This document shows positions 56,656 through 64,000 of a DNA stretch of 64,000 nt, one piece after another (positions within the stretch are counted from its first letter, which is position 1; every line of letters starts with the position of its first letter). The translations under genes and the position numbers were made by a program. The DNA is from Escherichia coli (GTDB lineage Bacteria; Pseudomonadota; Gammaproteobacteria; Enterobacterales; Enterobacteriaceae), in the NCBI RefSeq assembly GCF_044324875.1, contig NZ_CP172187.1; one strand, written 5' to 3'. The notes under the pieces were generated by a model. It saw only the letters and a program-made list of their open reading frames with translations. It did not search any database and was not told the DNA's origin.

Positions 56656-57477
56656 ATGCGATTAGCTTCCCGTTTTGGTCGGTATAATTCCATCCGTCGT
56701 GAACGTCCTTTAACGGATGATGAATTAATGCAGTTCGTGCCTTCGGTATTTTCCGGTGATAAACATGAGTCCCGGAGTGAACGTTATACGTATATTCCAA
56801 CAATCAATATCATCAATAAGTTACGTGATGAAGGTTTCCAGCCATTCTTTGCCTGTCAGAGTCGGGTTCGTGATTTGGGACGCCGCGAATACAGTAAACA
56901 TATGTTACGTCTTCGCAGGGAAGGGCATATTAACGGGCAGGAAGTTCCTGAAATTATCCTGCTTAATTCACATGATGGTTCATCCAGTTATCAGATGATC
57001 CCCGGAATTTTTCGTTTTGTCTGCACAAATGGCCTGGTGTGCGGAAATAATTTTGGCGAAATCCGTGTTCCACATAAAGGTGATATTGTCGGGCAGGTTA
57101 TCGAGGGAGCGTATGAAGTGCTCGGTGTCTTTGATAAGGTCACTGATAATATGGAGGCGATGAAAGAAATTCATCTTAACAGTGACGAGCAACATTTATT
57201 TGGCAGAGCTGCACTGATGGTCAGGTATGAAGATGAAAATAAAACGCCAGTGACACCTGAACAGATAATTACTCCCCGTCGTCGGGAAGATAAACAGAAC
57301 GATCTCTGGACAACCTGGCAGCGGGTTCAGGAGAATATGATAAAAGGTGGATTATCGGGGCGAAGTGCCTCCGGGAAAAATACCAGGACAAGAGCCATTA
57401 CAGGTATTGATGGTGATATAAGAATCAACAAGGCGTTATGGGTGATTGCCGAACAGTTCAGAAAGTGGAAGTCATGA
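56656..57477 (+). CDS. Leading-region protein (F orf273-like, DUF932-type)
   Basis: 273 aa from MRLASRFGRYNSIRRERPLTDDELMQF... Confidence 0.55.
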   Translation: MRLASRFGRYNSIRRERPLTDDELMQFVPSVFSGDKHESRSERYTYIPTINIINKLRDEGFQPFFACQSRVRDLGRREYSKHMLRLRREGHINGQEVPEIILLNSHDGSSSYQMIPGIFRFVCTNGLVCGNNFGEIRVPHKGDIVGQVIEGAYEVLGVFDKVTDNMEAMKEIHLNSDEQHLFGRAALMVRYEDENKTPVTPEQIITPRRREDKQNDLWTTWQRVQENMIKGGLSGRSASGKNTRTRAITGIDGDIRINKALWVIAEQFRKWKS

Positions 57478-57488
57478 TAATATAAGTA

Positions 57489-57520
57489 AAGCCCCGAAAA
57501 AATTTTCGGGGCTTTACTTA
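57489..57520 (+). terminator. Rho-independent terminator after the orf273-like gene
   Basis: GCCCCGAAAAAATTTTCGGGGC hairpin followed by T-rich tract. Confidence 0.5.
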
Positions 57521-57773
57521 TATTATCATTTTTCGGCATTGCTGTGTCGTCTGATATACCTCAATTTCATCGACCGGCTTTCCGGTTGTCTGTAAATATT
57601 GTGCCCGCGAAAAATGGTCTGGCAGGAGGCTGCGCAGTTACCGGGTATATATAAGATGGGTTCCCGCTTCGCGGGGCTTCGGCCAGTCAGTATTGTCACT
57701 CATATGATATTTTTGTGTGTGGCCTTCCATGCCGCTTTTGCGGCATAACCGGTATCTGACAATGTCTGTAAGA

Positions 57774-58283
57774 TTAATTGTTCTGCACGCTGTTAATTTC
57801 CGGAAGTGATTTCTTCGTGGCCGGAAGCCGGATACCTTTACTGCTTTTTATCCCGGTATAAATCCGGTAAACCTCTGATGCGTAGGCAAGACGTCTCTGG
57901 TTCTGGCGTTCGGATTTCCTGAATCCTGCATTGTATGCACCAACGGCCTCCCAGGTGACGCCCCATTTTTTAAATGCTATTGCCAGATAATAAGCACCGG
58001 TATAAATGTTCATGCAGGGATCTGTTGTCAGATGTTCTGGCTTAATTCCGTAGCGGGCCAGTTCGTTAAAATGCTGGGAATCTACCTGCATCAGTCCGCT
58101 GCCATATCCCGTTACCGGATTAATACCGATGGCATTAACCCGGTAACGGGATTCTTTCCATGATATTGCTCTCAGTAAATCAGGATCTATTTTGTAATCC
58201 CGGCCTGCAAGATCAAAGCAATCAGTGGCATGGCAGATCTCATTTATAAACATCAGGCAGATGGCTAACATCCATTTTTTCAT
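57774..58283 (-). CDS. Lytic transglycosylase (F orf169 / gene X homolog)
   Basis: 169 aa from [12 protein letters not shown]...; SLT motif AISWKESRY. Confidence 0.85.
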   Translation of the reverse strand: MKKWMLAICLMFINEICHATDCFDLAGRDYKIDPDLLRAISWKESRYRVNAIGINPVTGYGSGLMQVDSQHFNELARYGIKPEHLTTDPCMNIYTGAYYLAIAFKKWGVTWEAVGAYNAGFRKSERQNQRRLAYASEVYRIYTGIKSSKGIRLPATKKSLPEINSVQNN

Positions 58284-58339
58284 TTTTCCACCTCTGGTGA
58301 CTTTATCCGTAAATAATTTAACCCACTCCACAAAAAGGC

Positions 58340-58700
58340 TCAACAGGTTGGTGGTTCTCACCACCAAAAGCACCACACACTACGCAAAAACAAGTTTTTG
58401 CTGATTTGCCACTTGAATCATTAACTTATGTTTTAAATAATGTATTTTAATTTATTTTACATTATAAAAAGGATTCATTGGTGAATCGCATATGATTCAC
58501 CAATGAATTTAACACAACTCATAGATGAATCAGTAATAATAAAACAACGAGTTAAAGCGAATTGACTCTAGATTCAATTCGTGATGTGATTTGCTGCATG
58601 AATCGTAATTTTCGTAACTTGCGTCACGATTCGATTCATCGATGAATTGTCATTTTTTTATATGTGAAATAAATTTGATGCGATAAGAAAATAAAGAGGT
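58340..58700. other. oriT: Origin of transfer oriT (nick region near 58360-58370 on the minus strand, plus TraM/TraY/IHF binding region)
   Basis: Reverse complement contains TTTTTGCGTAGTGTGTGGTGCTTTTGGTGGTGAGAACCACCAAC, the F/R100-type nick region. Confidence 0.65.
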
Positions 58701-58706
58701 ATACAT

Positions 58707-59090
58707 ATGGCGAAAGTGCAGGCTTATGTCAGTGACGAAATTGTCTATAAAATAAATAAAATTGTGGAAAGAAGACGTGCAGAAGGAGCTAAAAGTACAG
58801 ATGTAAGTTTCTCAAGCATATCCACTATGCTTCTCGAATTAGGGCTTCGTGTATATGAGGCTCAGATGGAGCGTAAAGAGTCAGCGTTCAATCAGGCTGA
58901 GTTTAATAAGGTGCTTCTTGAATGTGCGGTAAAAACACAGTCAACAGTTGCTAAGATTTTAGGTATTGAGTCACTAAGCCCTCATGTTTCCGGGAATCCA
59001 AAGTTTGAATATGCGAATATGGTCGAAGATATCAGGGAGAAGGTGTCATCTGAGATGGAGAGGTTCTTTCCAGAAAATGATGAGGATTAA
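58707..59090 (+). CDS. traM: Relaxosome protein TraM
   Basis: 127 aa MAKVQAYVSDEIVYKINKIVERRRAEGAK... Confidence 0.9.
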   Translation: MAKVQAYVSDEIVYKINKIVERRRAEGAKSTDVSFSSISTMLLELGLRVYEAQMERKESAFNQAEFNKVLLECAVKTQSTVAKILGIESLSPHVSGNPKFEYANMVEDIREKVSSEMERFFPENDED

Positions 59091-59283
59091 AAAAGAATTA
59101 AAAGTTGATTTGCTTCAAATAACAGGATTTTGATCTGGTTCAATTTGATGACAATTAACCGCATAAAGGTTATATTAATTACGTGGTTAATGCCACGTTA
59201 AAAATTGAAACTGAAAATCGCCGATGCAGGGAGTTCAGACCTCCCTGCATCGACTGTCCATAGAATCCTTAACGGAGGTTCCT

Positions 59284-59970
59284 ATGTGTGCGCTGGATCG
59301 TAGAGAAAGGCCACTTAACAGTCAATCTGTAAATAAATACATCCTTAACGTTCAGAATATCTACAGAAATTCTCCCGTTCCGGTTTGTGTCCGTAACAAA
59401 AACCGGAAAATCCTTTATGCCAATGGGGCTTTTATTGAACTCTTTTCCAGAGAAGATAAACCCTTATCCGGAGAGAGTTATATACGTCTGCAGGTTGAAA
59501 TTTTTCTTTCATCACTTGAACTGGAATGCCAGGCTCTTGGACATGGCTCTGCATTTTGTCGTCGTTTTAATTTTCATGGCGAAATCTATCAGATAAGGAT
59601 GGAGAATGTTTCTTTTTATAATGACGAATCTGTTGTTTTATGGCAAATTAATCCGTTTCCTGATTATCCATTTTTTGCGTTAAATCAGAGTGGAAGTAAT
59701 ACAAATACTTCTGATAAATTAACGATATGGAATGATCTTTCTCCAGGGACATTGGTTGTTTTCTCTTTTTATATGCTGGGTGTTGGTCACGCAACAATTG
59801 CCAGAGAGTTGGGTATTACAGACAGAGCATCTGAGGATCGAATTAAACCAGTTAAACGGAAAATAAAAGAATTTTTTGAACACTTTGATTTATTCAGAGT
59901 GTCATGTATCTATAAAGGAGAAATAGATTCGCTATTAAGTATAATTCGTGAATTTTATAGTATTAAGTAA
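59284..59970 (+). CDS. traJ: Transfer operon activator TraJ (track ORF starts at 59224)
   Basis: Position between traM and traY; AT-rich codon usage typical of traJ. Confidence 0.7.
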   Translation: MCALDRRERPLNSQSVNKYILNVQNIYRNSPVPVCVRNKNRKILYANGAFIELFSREDKPLSGESYIRLQVEIFLSSLELECQALGHGSAFCRRFNFHGEIYQIRMENVSFYNDESVVLWQINPFPDYPFFALNQSGSNTNTSDKLTIWNDLSPGTLVVFSFYMLGVGHATIARELGITDRASEDRIKPVKRKIKEFFEHFDLFRVSCIYKGEIDSLLSIIREFYSIK

Positions 59971-59981
59971 ATGTTAAATAA

Positions 59982-60010
59982 GGCACGCCAATTTTGGCGT
60001 GTTTTTTTTC
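59982..60010 (+). terminator. Rho-independent terminator after traJ
   Basis: GGCACGCCAATTTTGGCGTG hairpin followed by T8. Confidence 0.55.
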
Positions 60011-60063
60011 GTCGGTTTCTGTGCAATCATGATTTTATTAGTCAGGAAACAGAGGTGAATTGA

Positions 60064-60291
60064 GTGAGGAGGCGTAACGCGAGAGGCGGGATAAGCAGAA
60101 CAGTCTCAGTGTATCTCGATGAAGATACAAATAACCGACTTATTCGGGCCAAAGATCGTAGCGGTAGAAGTAAAACTATAGAGGTTCAGATCCGTCTCAG
60201 AGATCATCTGAAACGGTTTCCTGATTTCTATAATGAAGAAATATTCAGGGAGGTGATCGAAGAGAACGAGTCAACATTTAAAGAACTTTAG
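60064..60291 (+). CDS. traY: Relaxosome accessory protein TraY (GTG start)
   Basis: 75 aa RHH protein. Confidence 0.8.
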   Translation: MRRRNARGGISRTVSVYLDEDTNNRLIRAKDRSGRSKTIEVQIRLRDHLKRFPDFYNEEIFREVIEENESTFKEL

Positions 60292-60324
60292 TTTTTATCT
60301 ATCAATATTAAACAGAGGAATCAT

Positions 60325-60684
60325 ATGAATACTGTTTTAAGTGTTCAGGGTGCTTCTGCGCCTGTTGAAAAGAAATCGTTTTTTTCTAAATTCACTCGTC
60401 TGAATATGCTTCGCCTGGTTCGCGCAGTGATCCCGGTTGCTGTTCTGATGATGTTCTTCCCGCAACTGGCAATGGCAGCACAGGGCCAGGACCTGATGCA
60501 GAGTGGTAACTCCACGGTTAAGGCGACCTTCGGTAAGGACTCCAGTGTTGTTAAATGGGTTGTTCTGGCTGAAGTTCTGGTCGGTGCTGTCATGTACATG
60601 ATGACCAAAAACGTCAAGTTCCTGGCCGGTTTTGCCATCATCTCTGTATTTATTGCTGTGGGTATGGCCGTCGTTGGCCTCTGA
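60325..60684 (+). CDS. traA: Propilin TraA (F-type pilin)
   Basis: [31 protein letters not shown]...[19 protein letters not shown]. Confidence 0.9.
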   Translation: MNTVLSVQGASAPVEKKSFFSKFTRLNMLRLVRAVIPVAVLMMFFPQLAMAAQGQDLMQSGNSTVKATFGKDSSVVKWVVLAEVLVGAVMYMMTKNVKFLAGFAIISVFIAVGMAVVGL

Positions 60685-60698
60685 CAGGAAATAAAACG

Positions 60699-61010
60699 AT
60701 GTCGGGAGACGAGAATAAACTTAAGAAATATCGTTTCCCGGAAACACTGACCAACCAGAGCCGCTGGTTTGGCCTGCCACTGGATGAACTGATCCCCGCA
60801 GCAATCTGTGTTGGCTGGGGTATCACAACATCGAAATATCTGTTCGGTATTGGTGCAGCTGTTCTGGTTTATTTCGGGATTAAAAAACTGAAAAAAGGGC
60901 GGGGCAGTTCCTGGTTACGTGACCTGATTTACTGGTATATGCCAACAGCCCTGCTGCGCGGTATTTTTCATAATGTTCCCGATTCGTGTTTCCGGCAGTG
61001 GATTAAATAG
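60699..61010 (+). CDS. traL: Pilus assembly protein TraL
   Basis: Position and size in F-type tra operon. Confidence 0.8.
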   Translation: MSGDENKLKKYRFPETLTNQSRWFGLPLDELIPAAICVGWGITTSKYLFGIGAAVLVYFGIKKLKKGRGSSWLRDLIYWYMPTALLRGIFHNVPDSCFRQWIK

Positions 61011-61031
61011 AACTGATATCAGGATTGTTAT

Positions 61032-61598
61032 ATGGAACACGGTGCCCGTTTAAGTACCAGTCGTGTAATGGCCATCGCCTTTATATTTATGTCAGTGCTT
61101 ATTGTTCTCAGCCTCTCTGTTAACGTCATTCAGGGGGTGAATAACTACCGCCTTCAGAATGAGCAACGCACTGCCGTGACGCCAATGGCATTTAATGCCC
61201 CCTTTGCCGTGTCACAGAACAGTGCCGACGCCTCTTATTTACAGCAGATGGCGCTGTCATTTATTGCCCTCCGTCTGAATGTTTCATCAGAAACCGTCGA
61301 TGCCTCACATCAGGCGCTTCTGCAATATATCCGCCCGGGCGCACAGAACCAGATGAAAGTTATTCTGGCTGAAGAAGCGAAGCGTATTAAAAACGATAAC
61401 GTGAACTCAGCCTTTTTCCAGACCAGTGTTCGTGTCTGGCCTCAGTATGGCCGTGTGGAAATTCGTGGTGTGCTTAAAACCTGGATTGGTGATTCAAAAC
61501 CTTTCACTGATATCAAACATTACATCCTTATTCTGAAGCGGGAAAACGGGGTGACCTGGCTGGATAATTTCGGGGAAACAGACGATGAGAAAAAATAA
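61032..61598 (+). CDS. traE: Pilus assembly protein TraE
   Basis: 188 aa with N-terminal TM anchor. Confidence 0.85.
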   Translation: MEHGARLSTSRVMAIAFIFMSVLIVLSLSVNVIQGVNNYRLQNEQRTAVTPMAFNAPFAVSQNSADASYLQQMALSFIALRLNVSSETVDASHQALLQYIRPGAQNQMKVILAEEAKRIKNDNVNSAFFQTSVRVWPQYGRVEIRGVLKTWIGDSKPFTDIKHYILILKRENGVTWLDNFGETDDEKK

Positions 61599-62313
61599 TA
61601 CGGCAATAATATTCGGCGGCCTGTTTTTTTCCTGCAGCGTGATGGCCGCAAACGGTACGCTGGCCCCCACTGTGGTGCCAATGGTGAACGGTGGTCAGGC
61701 CAGTATTGCCATCAGCAATACCAGCCCGAATCTGTTTACCGTTCCCGGTGACCGGATTATCGCCGTGAACAGTCTGGATGGTGCCCTGACCAATAATGAG
61801 CAGACCTCCTCCGGCGGTGTGGTGGTGGCCACCGTCAACAAAAAGCCCTTTACGTTCATTCTGGAAACAGAACGTGGTCTGAATCTTTCCATTCAGGCCG
61901 TTCCCCGTGAAGGCGCGGGGCGTACCATTCAGCTGGTCAGTGACCTGCGCGGAACCGGAGAAGAAGCCGGTGCGTGGGAAACGTCCACGCCTTACGAATC
62001 CCTGCTTGTGACCATCAGCCAGGCTGTCCGTGGCGGAAAATTACCTGCAGGCTGGTATCAGGTTCCTGTGACAAAGGAAACCCTGCAGGCCCCGGCGGGG
62101 CTGTCTTCAGTGGCAGATGCCGTATGGACGGGGAATCACCTGAAGATGGTCCGCTTTACCGTGGAAAATAAAACGCTGTCTGCCCTGAATATCCGGGAAA
62201 GTGATTTCTGGCAGCCGGGAACCCGTGCCGTGATGTTCAGCCAGCCTGCCAGCCAGTTACTGGCAGGTGCGCGCATGGATGTGTATGTCATCCGTGACGG
62301 GGAGGGCAACTGA
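61585..62313 (+). CDS. traK: Pilus assembly protein TraK
   Basis: 242 aa with signal peptide. Confidence 0.85.
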   Translation: MRKNNTAIIFGGLFFSCSVMAANGTLAPTVVPMVNGGQASIAISNTSPNLFTVPGDRIIAVNSLDGALTNNEQTSSGGVVVATVNKKPFTFILETERGLNLSIQAVPREGAGRTIQLVSDLRGTGEEAGAWETSTPYESLLVTISQAVRGGKLPAGWYQVPVTKETLQAPAGLSSVADAVWTGNHLKMVRFTVENKTLSALNIRESDFWQPGTRAVMFSQPASQLLAGARMDVYVIRDGEGN

Positions 62314-63740
62314 TGGCCAGTATCAACACCATTGTGAAACGCAAGCAGTACCTGTGGCTGGGGATTGTGGTTGTCGGTGCAGCCTCCGCGATTGGTGGGG
62401 CACTGTATCTGTCTGATGTGGACATGTCCGGTAACGGTGAGGCGGTGGCTGAACAGGAGCCTGTACCGGATATGACCGGTGTGGTGGATACGACCTTTGA
62501 TGACAAGGTGCGTCAGCATGCCACCACAGAGATGCAGGTGACGGCAGCGCAGATGCAGAAGCAGTATGAGGAAATCCGTCGTGAGCTGGATGTCCTGAAC
62601 AAACAGCGCGGTGATGACCAGCGTCGTATTGAAAAGCTGGGACAGGATAATGCTGCCCTGGCAGAGCAGGTAAAAGCCCTGGGTGCAAATCCCGTCACCG
62701 CGACCGGTGAGCCAGTACCGCAGACGCCAGCCTCACCGCCCGGCCCGGAAGGCGAACCACAGCCAGGAAACACACCCGTATCTTTCCCGCCGCAGGGCAG
62801 CGTTGCTGTTCCACCGCCGACGGCGTTTTATCCCGGGAATGGTGTCACGCCACCACCACAGGTGACGTACCAGTCTGTGCCGGTGCCTAACCGGATACAG
62901 CGTAAGGTGTTTACCCGTAATGAGGGAAAACAGGGACCATCACTGCCGTACATTCCGTCAGGAAGTTTTGCGAAAGCCATGCTGATTGAAGGGGCGGATG
63001 CCAATGCCTCTGTCACCGGTAATGAATCCACGGTGCCGATGCAGCTGCGTATCACCGGCCTGGTGGAAATGCCGAACAGCAAGACGTATGACGCAACGGG
63101 ATGTTTTGTGGGTCTGGAAGCCTGGGGGGATGTGTCCAGTGAGCGTGCCATTGTACGCACCCGCAATATCAGCTGCCTGAAGGACGGCAAAACTATTGAT
63201 ATGCCGATTAAGGGGCATGTCAGCTTCCGGGGTAAAAACGGTATCAAGGGCGAAGTGGTGATGCGTAACGGCAAAATCCTCGGCTGGGCATGGGGCGCGG
63301 GATTTGTTGACGGTATCGGTCAGGGAATGGAGCGTGCCTCCCAGCCGGCTGTCGGGCTGGGTGCCACCGCTGCTTACGGGGCCGGCGATGTCCTTAAAAT
63401 GGGTATCGGTGGCGGCGCATCGAAAGCCGCACAGACGCTCAGTGACTACTACATCAAACGTGCCGAACAGTATCACCCGGTGATACCGATTGGTGCGGGC
63501 AACGAAGTGACCGTGGTGTTCCAGGACGGCTTCCAGCTGAAAACCGTGGAAGAGATGGCGCTGGAACGCACGCAGAGCAGAGCTGAAGAAGACAATCCGG
63601 AAAGTCCGGTTCCTGTTCCGCCATCGGCTGAAAGTCATCTTAACGGCTTTAATACTGACCAGATGCTGAAGCAGCTGGGCAACCTGAATCCGCAGCAGTT
63701 TATGTCCGGCAGCCAGGGAGGGGGCAACGATGGCAAATAA
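62313..63740 (+). CDS. traB: Pilus assembly protein TraB
   Basis: 475 aa with Pro-rich linker. Confidence 0.9.
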   Translation: MASINTIVKRKQYLWLGIVVVGAASAIGGALYLSDVDMSGNGEAVAEQEPVPDMTGVVDTTFDDKVRQHATTEMQVTAAQMQKQYEEIRRELDVLNKQRGDDQRRIEKLGQDNAALAEQVKALGANPVTATGEPVPQTPASPPGPEGEPQPGNTPVSFPPQGSVAVPPPTAFYPGNGVTPPPQVTYQSVPVPNRIQRKVFTRNEGKQGPSLPYIPSGSFAKAMLIEGADANASVTGNESTVPMQLRITGLVEMPNSKTYDATGCFVGLEAWGDVSSERAIVRTRNISCLKDGKTIDMPIKGHVSFRGKNGIKGEVVMRNGKILGWAWGAGFVDGIGQGMERASQPAVGLGATAAYGAGDVLKMGIGGGASKAAQTLSDYYIKRAEQYHPVIPIGAGNEVTVVFQDGFQLKTVEEMALERTQSRAEEDNPESPVPVPPSAESHLNGFNTDQMLKQLGNLNPQQFMSGSQGGGNDGK

Positions 63741-64000
63741 TATGTCACTCCGTCAGATATGCCATGCCACCCGGTATGTTGTTGTCCGGGGCCTGTGTTG
63801 GTTGTTCTGGTGTCTGAAATACGCCGTCATTCTGCCACTGGCCACAATGGCCCTGATGGCTCTGTTTGTTTTATGGAAGGACAACACCACACCGGGAAAA
63901 TTACTGGTTCAGGAAATTGACTTCGTAAGACAAACAGCCCCTGCCGGGCAGTTTCCTGTAAGAGAATGTTTGCCTTCTCTGCATGATCTTCCAGGAGCAG
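63730..64000 (+). CDS. traP: TraP (partial, continues beyond window end)
   Basis: MANNMSLRQICHATRYVVVRGLCWLFW... overlaps traB stop. Confidence 0.65.
   Translation, partial: MANNMSLRQICHATRYVVVRGLCWLFWCLKYAVILPLATMALMALFVLWKDNTTPGKLLVQEIDFVRQTAPAGQFPVRECLPSLHDLPGA

Overview
This window reads as a segment of an IncFII (R100/F-like) conjugative multiresistance plasmid of Enterobacteriaceae. All calls are by-eye comparison to remembered protein families and repeat sequences; no database search was run. Layout: (1) repA1 replication initiator and oriR, with a HigB/HigA-like toxin-antitoxin pair. (2) A 26.4 kb resistance island (3644-30014) bounded by Tn1721 inverted repeats and flanked by TGTAT direct repeats; it splits a ProQ/FinO-family gene. 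Inside are a truncated Tn1721 mcp, IS1, a SulP fragment, a Tn21 remnant carrying a class 1 integron (intI1, dfrA1, aadA1, qacEdelta1, sul1, orf5, tniB-delta, tniA) and the mer operon, an RK2-type oriV, tetR/tetA(A)/pecM, and an intact Tn2/Tn3 copy with blaTEM-1. (3) A PerC-family and an AraC-family regulator, then a Tn3-family remnant (solitary IR plus resolvase fragment) bracketing a GntR-regulated PTS sugar locus. (4) A ParA/ParB partition locus with flanking 8-bp iterons, and impCAB behind a LexA box. (5) An F-like leading region: GC-rich repeat families, two orphan methyltransferases, a KlcA/ArdB-like protein, ssb interrupted by a group II intron, a frameshifted ParB-like nuclease gene, psiB-psiA and hok/mok. 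(6) oriT and the start of the tra operon (traM to traP). The most interesting items are the intron in ssb, the transposon remnant carrying a PTS module, the RK2-type oriV inside the island, and the PerC/AraC regulator pair.
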